DNA from: Candidatus Brocadiia bacterium
GTDB taxonomy: Bacteria > Planctomycetota > Brocadiia > CAIUPP01
Assembly: GCA_050015075.1 (NCBI GenBank)
Contig: JBEKCB010000022.1
Location: forward strand, 23,478 to 87,477
DNA length: 64,000 nucleotides
Direction of reading: 5' to 3'
A program made the position numbers and the translations under genes. Numbering within the stretch: position 1 is the stretch's first letter; the number at the start of each line of letters is the position of its first letter. The notes beneath the pieces were generated by a model that had not been told where the DNA came from, ran no database searches, and saw only the letters and a list, made by a program, of their open reading frames with translations. This document shows positions 29,273 to 39,200 of the stretch, in pieces.

Positions 29273-30121
29273 TCACTCCTTGGCGCCATACTGTCGCAGT
29301 TGAACATCCGTCCGCGCGAGCCGCCCCGTCCGATCCCACCGGAAGGCGGCGTCCGCGAAGCGCGCCGACGCGCGGCTCAGCCGGATGTTCGGCCCGTCCG
29401 TGCGCCGGAAATGATTCTCGATCCATTCCGCGTCGCGGCCGGCGGCGGCGTGCCGGCGCGCCAGCCGCTCGCGCAGCACCGCGTCGTCCGCATCCAGGAA
29501 GATTTTCCGGTCGAACAGGCCCCGAATCTCCCGCCACGCGGGCTGGTCCAGGAACAGGTAATTCCCCTCTGCGAAAACCCACTTCACTTCCGGGCCGATG
29601 CGGATTCGGTCCGGGATCGGATCATGCAGCACGCGGCTGTAACCGGGCAGCCGGCGCTCGCGACCCTCGGACTTCAGCGCGCGCAGATCGGCCAGCAGCC
29701 GCTCCGCATCGAAGGTCGCCGGCGCGCCCTTGAGCTTTCGCAGCGAGACCGGGTTGCCCTCCGGATCCAGGCCGATGCGGCGATCCAGCAGGTCATTCGG
29801 CAGATGGTAGCCGTCCAAGGCGAGAAAAGCAAATTCCTTCCATTCGAGCGCCCTGGCTGTGGCCGCCAGCCATGCCAGCAGCAGCGTTTTCCCGCCGCCG
29901 GGGGGCGCGGCAACACCCACAAGTCCGCGGCCGGGAGTGGTCGCCGTACGCTCCGCGCACCATTCCAGCAGGGGCAGCAGCGTCTCGCGGACGTCCTCCG
30001 CCGACGGCAGCGCGGTCACCGGCTTCTCGTCTGCCAGGATCTCGCCGGCACGCAGAATCTCCGCCGCTTTCGACGCGACCGGCGCGATTTCCGGCGGCGG
30101 ATTCTTGGGCATCGGTCTCAC
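29273..30121 (-). CDS. P-loop kinase (YggC/FrcK, pantothenate/uridine kinase-like)
   Basis: APPGGGKT, LDGYHLPN, KGAPATFD, EGNYL. Confidence 0.8.
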   Translation of the reverse strand: MRPMPKNPPPEIAPVASKAAEILRAGEILADEKPVTALPSAEDVRETLLPLLEWCAERTATTPGRGLVGVAAPPGGGKTLLLAWLAATARALEWKEFAFLALDGYHLPNDLLDRRIGLDPEGNPVSLRKLKGAPATFDAERLLADLRALKSEGRERRLPGYSRVLHDPIPDRIRIGPEVKWVFAEGNYLFLDQPAWREIRGLFDRKIFLDADDAVLRERLARRHAAAGRDAEWIENHFRRTDGPNIRLSRASARFADAAFRWDRTGRLARTDVQLRQYGAKE

Positions 30122-31680
30122 CGTGCCTCGGCGAACGGCTCCACGTGGCGCCTCATGTGCCGGGCCACGGTCTCGTAATGCACGTCCTCGTTCGACGCCA
30201 GCGCGTTGAGGAGCCGGTCGCGGAAGCGATAGTTCCCGGCGGGATCCTTGACGGTCAGTACCGAGCCGAACGTGACGTGCAGCACCTGACGGCCGTCATT
30301 GCCGCTCAGGACGGAGGCGAGCTGCCGGTCCGGGAGCTGATCCGGCGCCGGGACGGCGGCCGGGTTGGCCGAGACGTGATAGGAAGCCTTGTCCTCGCCG
30401 TATCGCTCGAGCGCGAAGGCCAGGATCTCCCGGAAGAGGTCCGGCTGAACCCCGGCGATGGCGCGGAGCGCTTCGAGGTAACTGGTGCCGGCGGTCTTGA
30501 GATGGATCAGCTCGCGCGCGTGTTTCGCGGCGATCGGGTAGATCGAGAACTTGTCGGAGCCGCTGTGGATGCTGATCTTGTAAGGGCCGAGGTGGCGGGC
30601 GATCTTGACGTGCTGCGCGAAGGCCGTCTCGAAGGCGGACAGGTCGCCCTTGTAATCAATTCCCTTCTCGAACGCGCCGATGAAGCGCGGCGCCAGGCTG
30701 ACGACCGGAACGCCCAGGCGCTTCAGCTCGTGCGCGACGTAATAATGCTCGTGCGGCGTGGTCGGAGAATCGGTCTCGTCCACGGACATCTCGAGCTCGG
30801 TCTGCCGACCCGACGCGGCCTGCGCCAGGTGCCGATGCATGCGCCGGGTGTGCGCGACGGCCCGGCCGTACTTGACCACGGCGCGCAGGAGCGTTTCCTC
30901 GTCGAACGACAGGTCCATGTCGGGGCCGACGCGGTGCGCCCGGCCGAGGAACGCTCTGCGGCAGTCCGCTTCGGTCGTCTCCAGGTCCGTCCAGGGAATT
31001 CCCTTGAGCTTGCCGGCGAGGACCTCGGCGCTTTCGCGGCCGGCGGCGTTATCCACGTGATCGCCCGGGTCAATCGTGAACATGCGGAACCCGGCCGCGA
31101 GGGTGACATCAATATCGGCGGTGGATTTGAGATGATCCGCGTCGGCGCCGAAACCGTCGCGGAAGCCTTCCTCGAACACGCCCCAGAGCGCGTCTTCCAT
31201 CACCTGCTCCGCGGTGCGTTGAGTGCGCGTCATTTCGCGGATGGACTGCTGCGCGAACACCGGCCTGACGCCGCTCCCGCGCACCGCGCGGATATGGCCG
31301 GGCGTGGCCAGGCCGAGCCGGTCGCCCATCCCGATGCAGCGGCAAAGTCCCAGGCACTGCGGATTCAGGTAGGGAAGCGCCGCGGCGAGCGCGGAAGCGT
31401 TGGCGCGGTCCCGCACGCACAGCTTGAGCCGGGCGCCATGCGCCGTGTCGGCCGTCTCGCCGCGGAAACCGCCGGCGTCCTGCCGCGACAGAATGCAGAG
31501 GAGTTTCGCCGCCCCGCGACGGCCGACGAAATAGACGCGCCCGTCCCGGGCGACGATGGACCGCGGATAGACCGTCAGCCGTGAAATGCCCGCCAGCTCG
31601 CCGGCGGCGGTCTCCGCCTCATGCCCGGAAAACGGCGCCGCCAGTTCGCGCGCGTCCAGCAGGGGAAGCAGTGCGCTCAT
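30118..31680 (-). CDS. uxaE: Tagaturonate/fructuronate epimerase
   Basis: GMGDRLGLATPGH, AQQSIREMTRT, FGADADHLK, EMSVDET, FEKGIDY, HSGSDKFSIY, HLKTAGTSYLEALR. Confidence 0.88.
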   Translation of the reverse strand: MSALLPLLDARELAAPFSGHEAETAAGELAGISRLTVYPRSIVARDGRVYFVGRRGAAKLLCILSRQDAGGFRGETADTAHGARLKLCVRDRANASALAAALPYLNPQCLGLCRCIGMGDRLGLATPGHIRAVRGSGVRPVFAQQSIREMTRTQRTAEQVMEDALWGVFEEGFRDGFGADADHLKSTADIDVTLAAGFRMFTIDPGDHVDNAAGRESAEVLAGKLKGIPWTDLETTEADCRRAFLGRAHRVGPDMDLSFDEETLLRAVVKYGRAVAHTRRMHRHLAQAASGRQTELEMSVDETDSPTTPHEHYYVAHELKRLGVPVVSLAPRFIGAFEKGIDYKGDLSAFETAFAQHVKIARHLGPYKISIHSGSDKFSIYPIAAKHARELIHLKTAGTSYLEALRAIAGVQPDLFREILAFALERYGEDKASYHVSANPAAVPAPDQLPDRQLASVLSGNDGRQVLHVTFGSVLTVKDPAGNYRFRDRLLNALASNEDVHYETVARHMRRHVEPFAEAR

Positions 31681-31713
31681 GACAAGGTCCCACTGACGAC
31701 GGAGAATGCGCGG

Positions 31714-32640
31714 TCACTTCCCGTATACCGGCGTACACCACGCGGCGTATTTCGGCAGTTCCGCGCGCGCGGCCTTTATGAAGATGCCCTGAAGCTCCTT
31801 CGTAATCGGTCCGGGCCGGCCGTCGCCGACCTTGCGCCGGTCCACCTCGACCAGAGGAGCGATCTCCGCGCCGGTGCCGCAAAGGAACGCTTCATCGGCG
31901 GTGTAGAGTTCCGTGCGGCTGACGCGGCGCTCGACCACCTCGCGGCCCATCTCGTTCCGGACGAGCTCGCTGATCACGCGCCGCGTGATGCCCTCCAGGT
32001 TGTCCTCCTGCGTGCTCGGCGTCACGAGCGCGCCGCCGCGCACGATGAAGACGTGCTCCGCGCTCGCCTCGGAAACGTATCCGTCCTGCGTCAGAAGAAT
32101 CGCCTCGTCATAACCGTTCATCTTCGCCTCATCGCGCGCCAGGGCGCTGTTGAGATAGGCGCCGGTGGGCTTCGCGCGCGCCGGGATCATGTTCTCCGAG
32201 ACGCGCCGCCAGCTCGAGACGCACGCCGTCACGCCCTTCGACGGGTCCAGGTAGTCCCGCAGCGGCAGCGTGTACATGGCGAATTCGATGCCGTCGGCCG
32301 TCAGCGTGGGCGAAAGCAGTTCGGAGCTGCTGAAGACGATGGGCCGGATATACACGTCCTCGCGATGCTCGTTCCGGCGCAGGAGCTCAATCGTGATCGC
32401 CAGAAGCTGCTCGACCGTCAAGGGCAGCGCCAGGCGGACGATCTTGCACGAATTGTGGAGCCGCTCGTAATGGTCGCGGGCGCGGAAGATATGGAGCTGG
32501 CTCGCGCGCGCATTCCAATACGCGCGGACGCCCTCGAAACAGCCGATGCCGTAGTTGAGCGCCTTGCAGCGGATGCTGACTTTGGCCTCGTCGAAACTGC
32601 GGTAATCACCTTTGAAGTATGCGAACTTCGGTTCTGGCAT
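31714..32640 (-). CDS. ilvE: Branched-chain amino acid aminotransferase
   Basis: LNYGIGCFEGVRAY, AKPTGAYLNS, LEGITR, ADEAFLCGTGAEI. Confidence 0.93.
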   Translation of the reverse strand: MPEPKFAYFKGDYRSFDEAKVSIRCKALNYGIGCFEGVRAYWNARASQLHIFRARDHYERLHNSCKIVRLALPLTVEQLLAITIELLRRNEHREDVYIRPIVFSSSELLSPTLTADGIEFAMYTLPLRDYLDPSKGVTACVSSWRRVSENMIPARAKPTGAYLNSALARDEAKMNGYDEAILLTQDGYVSEASAEHVFIVRGGALVTPSTQEDNLEGITRRVISELVRNEMGREVVERRVSRTELYTADEAFLCGTGAEIAPLVEVDRRKVGDGRPGPITKELQGIFIKAARAELPKYAAWCTPVYGK

Positions 32641-32784
32641 GCATCACACTCCTGGGAACAACCCGGAAAAGGCCGCCACGGCGGTCAAAGCCCCTTCAGT
32701 ATAGCTACTTGGCGCGCCGGGTCAAGTGCCGCAAGAAAGAAGATGCGCGCAGCCGTGAAACGGAGGCGATGCGGGAATGCGGTC

Positions 32785-32814
32785 TTGACTTGTCTTGCGA
32801 CACACACCTATAAT
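32785..32814 (+). promoter_or_regulatory. Putative sigma70 promoter of the pil operon
   Basis: TTGACT-18 nt-TATAAT; a divergent TTGACC-16 nt-TATACT for ilvE lies at 32725-32698. Confidence 0.6.
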
Positions 32815-32929
32815 TGCGATGGATAAAAGCTGCCGCAGTTGTCCCGATTCACGGGATAGCGGCGGATTGGCCGAGGTGGGGAGCGTTTGTGACTTTTCCG
32901 GCGGTTGCAGGAAAGCACAGGAGCGCAAG

Positions 32930-34660
32930 ATGGGTGAGAAAAAACAGAGAAGTATCGGCCAAATCCTGATCGAAAAAGGGATCGTGACGGAGGAGCAGAT
33001 CGCCCAGGCGCTGGAGATGCAGCGCGCGAACCCCAAGATCAGGCTCGGCGAGGCGCTCGTCCAGATGCAGGCGGCCAACTGGGACCAGGTGTACGAGGCG
33101 CTGGCCGAACTGCTCGGATACCGCTTCGTGGATCTGCGCGCCACCCGTATCCCCGCCGAGGCGATCGAGGCCATGCCGAGGCCCATCGCCCGAAAGCACA
33201 ACCTGGTCCCCGTCGGCGAGGAAGACGGCGTGCTCATCGTGGCCATCACCGATCCCTTCGACCTTTACGCGATGGACAGCCTGCGCTTCTACCTCAACCG
33301 CGAGGTCCGCTGCGTCCTCGCCGCGCCCGACGCGGTCGAAGAAGCCATCAGCAAGTATTACGGCATCGAGGAATCCACCGTGGACAACATGCTCGCGGAG
33401 TTCACGGAGAGCGACCTGGGCATCCAGGCCGCCGTCGAGGCCACGGAGGACGACGGCGAGGATTCCGCCATGATCCGCCTGGTGACGCTGCTCATCAGCG
33501 AGGCGGTGAAGATGCGCGCGAGCGACATCCACATCGAGCCGATGAAGACCAAACTGCGCGTGCGGTACCGCGTGGACGGCAACTGCCAGGAAATGGATTC
33601 CCCGCCGAAGAAACTGCAAGGTCCGATCATCTCGCGCGTGAAGATCCTGGCGGGGATTGATATCGCCGAGAAGCGGCGGCCGACCGATGGACGCATCAGC
33701 ATGCGCGTCGCCGGGCAGTCGTTCGATATCCGCGTGAGTTGCCTGCCCGCCACGCACGGCGAGTCGGTCGTCATGCGCCTGCTCATGAAGGAATCAGTGC
33801 TGATCAACCTGCAGGAACTGGGCTTCCACGAGAGCGACTACCGGCGGTTCGAGAGCATCATCAAGCGCCCCAACGGCATCTTCCTCGTCACGGGCCCCAC
33901 CGGCAGCGGCAAGACCACCACGCTCTACGCCGCGCTCCACGAGCTGAACCGCCCCGACAAGAAAATCATCACCGCCGAAAACCCCGTCGAGTACAACCTC
34001 TCCGGCGTCAACCAGTGCGAGGTCCGCGAGCGCATCGGGCTGACCTTCATGGCGATCCTCCGCTCGATGCTGCGCCAGGCCCCCAACATCATTCTCATCG
34101 GCGAAATCCGCGACGCCGAAACCGCCGAGATCGCCGTCCAGGCCGCCCTCACAGGCCACCTGGTCTTCAGCACGCTGCACACCAACGACGCCCCGTCGGC
34201 CATCACGCGCCTGATTGATATGGGCGTCAAGCCGTTCCTCATCGCCTCGAGCGTACAGGCCATCCTGGCCCAGCGCCTCGTCCGCCGCATCTGCAGCGGC
34301 TGTAAGGAGCCGTTCCGGTACGACCGCAAGAGCCTGATGTCCATCGGGCTGAAACCCGAAGAGGTGAAGAACGTCACCTTCTACCACGGCGCCGGTTGCC
34401 AGCGCTGCCGGAGCACCGGCTACCGGGGCCGGACGGCGCTCTTCGAATTGATGGAGCTGGACAATACGCTGCGCGACATGACGTTCCGGCGCGAGCCGCT
34501 GGCCGAACTGCGCAAGCACGCGCACGCGGCCGGCATGGTCACACTGCGCGAGGACGGCGTCCGCAAGGTGCTCGCCGGCGCCACGACCATCGCCGAGGTG
34601 CTCGAAGTCACCGCCAAGGACACCGAGATCGCCGAAGCCGAGGCCGCGGCCGGGGCCTGA
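32930..34660 (+). CDS. pilB: Type IV pilus / T2SS assembly ATPase (PilB/GspE), copy 1
   Basis: MshEN-like N-terminus, ASDIHIEP, GPTGSGKTT, LRQAPNIILIGEIRD, TGHLVFSTLHTND, tetra-Cys motif. Confidence 0.92.
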   Translation: MGEKKQRSIGQILIEKGIVTEEQIAQALEMQRANPKIRLGEALVQMQAANWDQVYEALAELLGYRFVDLRATRIPAEAIEAMPRPIARKHNLVPVGEEDGVLIVAITDPFDLYAMDSLRFYLNREVRCVLAAPDAVEEAISKYYGIEESTVDNMLAEFTESDLGIQAAVEATEDDGEDSAMIRLVTLLISEAVKMRASDIHIEPMKTKLRVRYRVDGNCQEMDSPPKKLQGPIISRVKILAGIDIAEKRRPTDGRISMRVAGQSFDIRVSCLPATHGESVVMRLLMKESVLINLQELGFHESDYRRFESIIKRPNGIFLVTGPTGSGKTTTLYAALHELNRPDKKIITAENPVEYNLSGVNQCEVRERIGLTFMAILRSMLRQAPNIILIGEIRDAETAEIAVQAALTGHLVFSTLHTNDAPSAITRLIDMGVKPFLIASSVQAILAQRLVRRICSGCKEPFRYDRKSLMSIGLKPEEVKNVTFYHGAGCQRCRSTGYRGRTALFELMELDNTLRDMTFRREPLAELRKHAHAAGMVTLREDGVRKVLAGATTIAEVLEVTAKDTEIAEAEAAAGA

Positions 34661-34687
34661 TCGCCGAGTCAAGGAGAAAGACGAGAG

Positions 34688-35881
34688 ATGCAGATCAACA
34701 AGCTGCTGCAGACGGTGGTGAGTCAGAACGCGTCGGACCTGATCCTGACCGTGGCCGCCAAGCCCATGCTGCGGCTCAACGGCCGCCTCGTGGCGCTCCA
34801 GACGAAGGTCCTCGAACCGGACGATACCGTCGCACTGATGAGGAGCATCACCTCCGAGCGGTGCCAGCAGGAACTGCAGGAGGTCGGCTCCACGGACTTC
34901 GGTTTCTCCTACGGCGAGCAGGCCCGTTTCCGCGTCGCCGTCTTCAAGCAGCGCGGTTACACCGGCATCGTCCTCCGGCTGATCCCGAACAAGCTCCTGT
35001 CCTTTTCCGAGATCGGCCTGAGCGACGACATCCAGCGGCTGCTCTGGCGCCCGCGCGGGCTGGTCCTCGTCACCGGGCCCACCGGCTCGGGCAAGACGAC
35101 CACGCTCGCGACGATGATTGATTACATCAACATGAACCGCGACACGCACATCATCACCGTCGAGGACCCGATCGAATACTTCCATAGCCACAAGCGCTCC
35201 GTGGTGACGCAGCGCGAACTGGGCGTGGACGTGCCCTCCTTCGCGGAAGGCCTCCGGCGCGCCCTGCGGCAGAACCCCGACGTGATCCTCGTCGGCGAAA
35301 TGCGCGACCTCGAGACGATGGAGACCGCCATCAGCGCCGCCGAGACCGGGCACCTGGTCTTCGCCACGCTGCACACCAACTCGGCCGAGACCACGATCAA
35401 CCGCATCGTGGACGCCTTCCCGCCGCAGCAGCAGGAGCAGGTGCGCGTCCAGCTCTCCAGCAACCTGATCGCGGTCATCTGCCAGGCGCTCATCCCGGAC
35501 GTCACCGGCCACAAGCGCGTCGCCGCGTTCGAGATCATGATGCGCACCGACGCAATCAGCAACCTCATCCGCCAGCAGAAGGTCTACCAGATCCAGTCCG
35601 AAATCCAGACCGGCATGAAGCACGGCATGATCCTGCTCGACGACTCGCTCGCCAAACTCTTCCATGCCGGGCGCATCAGCCGTGAAGAGGCGATGAACCG
35701 ATGCCGCAACATCGAGGAAATGGCGCAAAAGCTCGCGGCGCCGCCGCGGGTAGGGCCTGGCGACGTGGCCGAAGCCGGTTCGGCCGCCGCAGCGCCCAAG
35801 GCCGGCAGGCCGCAAGTCATGATCGGGCCCGCCGCAGCGGCGGCGGCAGCGGCCGCGAAGAGGTCGCCCGAGAAGAAATAG
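34688..35881 (+). CDS. pilT: Type IV pilus retraction ATPase
   Basis: GPTGSGKTTT, HIITVEDPIE, QRELG, LRQNPDVILVGEMRD, AISNLIR (AIRNLIRE-like). Confidence 0.95.
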   Translation: MQINKLLQTVVSQNASDLILTVAAKPMLRLNGRLVALQTKVLEPDDTVALMRSITSERCQQELQEVGSTDFGFSYGEQARFRVAVFKQRGYTGIVLRLIPNKLLSFSEIGLSDDIQRLLWRPRGLVLVTGPTGSGKTTTLATMIDYINMNRDTHIITVEDPIEYFHSHKRSVVTQRELGVDVPSFAEGLRRALRQNPDVILVGEMRDLETMETAISAAETGHLVFATLHTNSAETTINRIVDAFPPQQQEQVRVQLSSNLIAVICQALIPDVTGHKRVAAFEIMMRTDAISNLIRQQKVYQIQSEIQTGMKHGMILLDDSLAKLFHAGRISREEAMNRCRNIEEMAQKLAAPPRVGPGDVAEAGSAAAAPKAGRPQVMIGPAAAAAAAAAKRSPEKK

Positions 35882-35934
35882 TTGCGATGTCCCGTCCCGC
35901 GCGATGACAACCTGACTGAGAGGCGATGCGACTC

Positions 35935-37764
35935 ATGGCTGACGAACGGAAACAAACGCCGATGGATGCCGGCGGCGAACCCGCGCAGCGCCCGCCGTCC
36001 CCGCCCGCCGCGCCGCCCATCGGACCGGGTGAAATTCCCGAGGCGCCCGAGGTCGGCGGCCGCAAGCTCATCGGCCAGATCCTCAAGGAGATGCGCCTCG
36101 TCACCGAGGCCCAGATCCAGGAAGCGCTCGCCACCCAGAAGCAGAGCGGCGGCGCCATCGGCGGCATCCTGATCAGCCTGAACTACGTGACCGAGCAGGA
36201 AGTGCTCACCGCCCTCGGCATCCAGGCCGGGATGGAGGTCGTGGACCTTGACGTGCTGGAAATCCCCGACGACGTGATCGCCCGCGTCTCGCCCTCGATC
36301 GCCTCGGTCTATCGCGTGGTCCCCACCAAGTTCGAGAACAACATCCTGACCGTGGCGATGGCCGACCCGCTCAACGTGAAGACGCTCGACGATCTGCGGT
36401 TCCTCCTCGACTGCGAGACCCACGGAGCGGTGAGCAACGAGCCGTCCGTGGCGCGCGCGCTCGACCGCTACTACTCCGGAATCCAGGAGTCGGTCGAGAG
36501 CCTCCTCGCCGAGCTCGATGACGGCACCATGGCCAAGGCGATGCACAACACGAGCGAATCCATTGACCTGCAGACCCTCGAGGAGATGGCCGACGCCGCG
36601 CCCGTGCGGAAGCTGCTCAACTACGTGCTCCTCGTCGCCATCCGCGACAAGGCCTCCGACATCCACTTCGAGCCGTTCGAGGACGAGTTCAAGATCCGCT
36701 ACCGCATTGACGGGGTGCTCTACGAGATGGTGCCGCCGCCGAAGCAACTGGCCATCGCGATCGCCTCGCGAATCAAGGTCATGTCCGAGCTCGACATCGC
36801 CGAGCGCCGCCTGCCTCAGGACGGCCGCATGGAGCTCAACATCAGCGGCAACCCGATCGAGCTGCGCATCGCCATCCTGCCGACGATGTTCGGCGAGAGC
36901 TGCGTCATGCGCGTGCTCGACCGCACCGTCGTCCAGCTCGACATCCAGAAACTCGGCCTGCGCGATGACGAGTTGCAGATCTTCGACGACCTCCTCAAGC
37001 TGCCCAACGGCATCATCCTCGTGACCGGCCCCACCGGCGCCGGCAAGACCACCACGCTCTACGCCGCCCTCAACACCGTCAACACGATTGACGTGAAGAT
37101 CATCACCACCGAGGACCCCGTCGAGTACGAGATTGACGGCATCATCCAGGTGCAGGTGAACCCGGACATCGGCGTCACCTTCGCCCACTGCCTGCGCAGC
37201 ATCCTGCGGCAGGACCCCGACAAGATCCTCGTCGGCGAAATCCGCGACGTGGAGACCGCCCAGATCGCCATCCAGTCCTCGCTCACCGGCCACGTGGTCT
37301 TCAGCACGGTTCACACCAACGACGCGCCGAGCACCGTCACGCGCCTGATTGATATGGGCCTCGAACCCTACATGATCACCGCCACGCTCGAAGCGGTGGT
37401 CGCCCAGCGCCTGGTGCGGCGCATCTGCGCGCGCTGCCGCAAGGACTTCACGCCCACCGAAGACATGCTCATGGAGCTGAACCTGCGCCCCGCCGACGTC
37501 CGCGGCAAACGGTTCGCCTACGGCCCCGGCTGCGACTACTGCAACAACACCGGGTTCAAGGGACGCATGGCGATTTTCGAGATCTTCGTCATGGACGACG
37601 ACATCCGCGAGATCATTATGAACCAGGGCTCCACGCAGGCCCTCCGCGAAGCCGCCATGCGCAAGGGCATGCGCACCCTGCGCGACAGCGGACTGCTCGC
37701 AATTTACGATGGTGAGACGACCATTGAAGAGGTCGTCCGCGAAACGATCCTCTCAGAGGTGTAA
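35935..37764 (+). CDS. pilB: Type IV pilus / T2SS assembly ATPase (PilB/GspE), copy 2
   Basis: ASDIHFEP, ERRLPQDGR, GPTGAGKTT, EDPVEY, LRQDPDKILVGEIRD, tetra-Cys motif. Confidence 0.92.
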   Translation: MADERKQTPMDAGGEPAQRPPSPPAAPPIGPGEIPEAPEVGGRKLIGQILKEMRLVTEAQIQEALATQKQSGGAIGGILISLNYVTEQEVLTALGIQAGMEVVDLDVLEIPDDVIARVSPSIASVYRVVPTKFENNILTVAMADPLNVKTLDDLRFLLDCETHGAVSNEPSVARALDRYYSGIQESVESLLAELDDGTMAKAMHNTSESIDLQTLEEMADAAPVRKLLNYVLLVAIRDKASDIHFEPFEDEFKIRYRIDGVLYEMVPPPKQLAIAIASRIKVMSELDIAERRLPQDGRMELNISGNPIELRIAILPTMFGESCVMRVLDRTVVQLDIQKLGLRDDELQIFDDLLKLPNGIILVTGPTGAGKTTTLYAALNTVNTIDVKIITTEDPVEYEIDGIIQVQVNPDIGVTFAHCLRSILRQDPDKILVGEIRDVETAQIAIQSSLTGHVVFSTVHTNDAPSTVTRLIDMGLEPYMITATLEAVVAQRLVRRICARCRKDFTPTEDMLMELNLRPADVRGKRFAYGPGCDYCNNTGFKGRMAIFEIFVMDDDIREIIMNQGSTQALREAAMRKGMRTLRDSGLLAIYDGETTIEEVVRETILSEV

Positions 37765-37776
37765 AGGAGGTCAACC

Positions 37777-39015
37777 ATGCCGACCTTTCGATTCGAGGCC
37801 ATGAACTCGCAGGGCCAGACGATCAAGAACGAGGTGGACGCCACATCCGAGGAAGAGGCGATTCAGAAGATCCGCGCGCAGAAGCTCTTCCCCACCAGCG
37901 TCAAGGCCAAGGTCGGCCGGCGCGGCCTGACGACCGGCGCGGGCAGAAAACGCAAGAAGAGCTTCGCCATCGGCGGCGTGAGCGCCAAGCAGCTCACGCT
38001 CTTCACCCGCCAGCTCTCCACGCTGCAGGACGCCGGACTTCCCATCGTCCGCAGCCTCAAAATCCTCGAGGGCCAGCTCAAGCCCGGCGTGTTGAAGAAC
38101 ACGCTCATCACCGTGACCGACGACGTCGAAGGCGGCATGACCTTCAGTGAGGCCCTCGCCAAGCACCCCAAGGCGTTCGACAAGCTCTACACCAACATGG
38201 TCCGCGCCGGCGAGGTCGGCGGCGTCCTCGACGAAATTCTCCAGCGCCTCGCCGACTTCCGCGAGAAGGCCCGCCGCCTCAAGAAGCAGATCGTCGGCGC
38301 GATGGTTTACCCGATCGCCGTCATCACCGTCGCCGGCGGCATCCTCTGGGGCATCATGACCTTCATCGTCCCCAAGTTCAAACAAATCTTCGTCGAGCTC
38401 GATGTCCAGTTGCCCACGATGACGCTGATGCTCATCTCGTTCTCCGACTTCATCAAGAACAGTTGGTACTGGATCCCGACCGGCATCATCGGCTTCATCC
38501 TCCTCGTCAAGGGCGTCGGCGCCACCAACCTGGGGCGCTACATCCTGGACAAGATCAAGCTGCGCATACCCTTGTTCGGCAGCATCCTCAACAAGGCCGT
38601 GATCGCGCGCTTCACCCGCACGCTCGGCACCCTCGTCGCCTCCGGCGTGCCCATCCTCGAAGCGCTGAACATCACCAAGGACACCGCCGGAAACATGGTC
38701 ATCTCCAGGGCCATCGGCCACGTGCATGACAGCATTCGTGAGGGCGAAAGCATCGCCGAGCCGCTCGCCCAGAGCAAGATCTGCGACGACATGGTGGTCA
38801 ACATGGTGGACGTCGGCGAGGAGACCGGCGACCTCGACAAGATGCTTCTGAAGATCGCCGACCAGTATGACGAAGACGTGGACCTGGCCGTCGCCGGCCT
38901 GGCGCACTTGATCGAGCCGATCATGATCGTCGTCCTCGGCGGCTGCGTCGGCTTCATTGTGATCTCGCTGTTCCTGCCCTTGATCAAGCTCATGAACAGC
39001 TTGGGCGGATCGTAA
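37777..39015 (+). CDS. pilC: Type IV pilus inner-membrane platform protein (PilC/GspF)
   Basis: FTRQLSTLQDAGLP, MVRAGEVGG, RFTRTLGTL, VGEETGDL, IEPIMI; AGGAGG RBS. Confidence 0.95.
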   Translation: MPTFRFEAMNSQGQTIKNEVDATSEEEAIQKIRAQKLFPTSVKAKVGRRGLTTGAGRKRKKSFAIGGVSAKQLTLFTRQLSTLQDAGLPIVRSLKILEGQLKPGVLKNTLITVTDDVEGGMTFSEALAKHPKAFDKLYTNMVRAGEVGGVLDEILQRLADFREKARRLKKQIVGAMVYPIAVITVAGGILWGIMTFIVPKFKQIFVELDVQLPTMTLMLISFSDFIKNSWYWIPTGIIGFILLVKGVGATNLGRYILDKIKLRIPLFGSILNKAVIARFTRTLGTLVASGVPILEALNITKDTAGNMVISRAIGHVHDSIREGESIAEPLAQSKICDDMVVNMVDVGEETGDLDKMLLKIADQYDEDVDLAVAGLAHLIEPIMIVVLGGCVGFIVISLFLPLIKLMNSLGGS

Positions 39016-39200
39016 GCGAGTGCGGAGTGCGGAGTGTTGAGTGCGGAGTTCGCGAGCGGATGAGCGGATTGCCGCGGTCGTCTGATTACTGCTCACAAAG
39101 CCAGGAGGCGCTACCCGTGCCAAGCCAAAGAAATGGTTATTCTGTACTCCGCACTCTATACTCCGCACTCCGCACTCCGCGCTCCGCACTCTGCGCTCGC
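39016..39200. repeat. 7-nt tandem-repeat palindrome (GAGTGCG)n...(CGCACTC)n with the pilin RBS and start codon in its loop
   Basis: Left arm 39016-39050, right arm 39146-39200; about 32 bp near-perfect pairing; AGGAGG at 39103 and GTG at 39117 lie between the arms. Confidence 0.9.
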
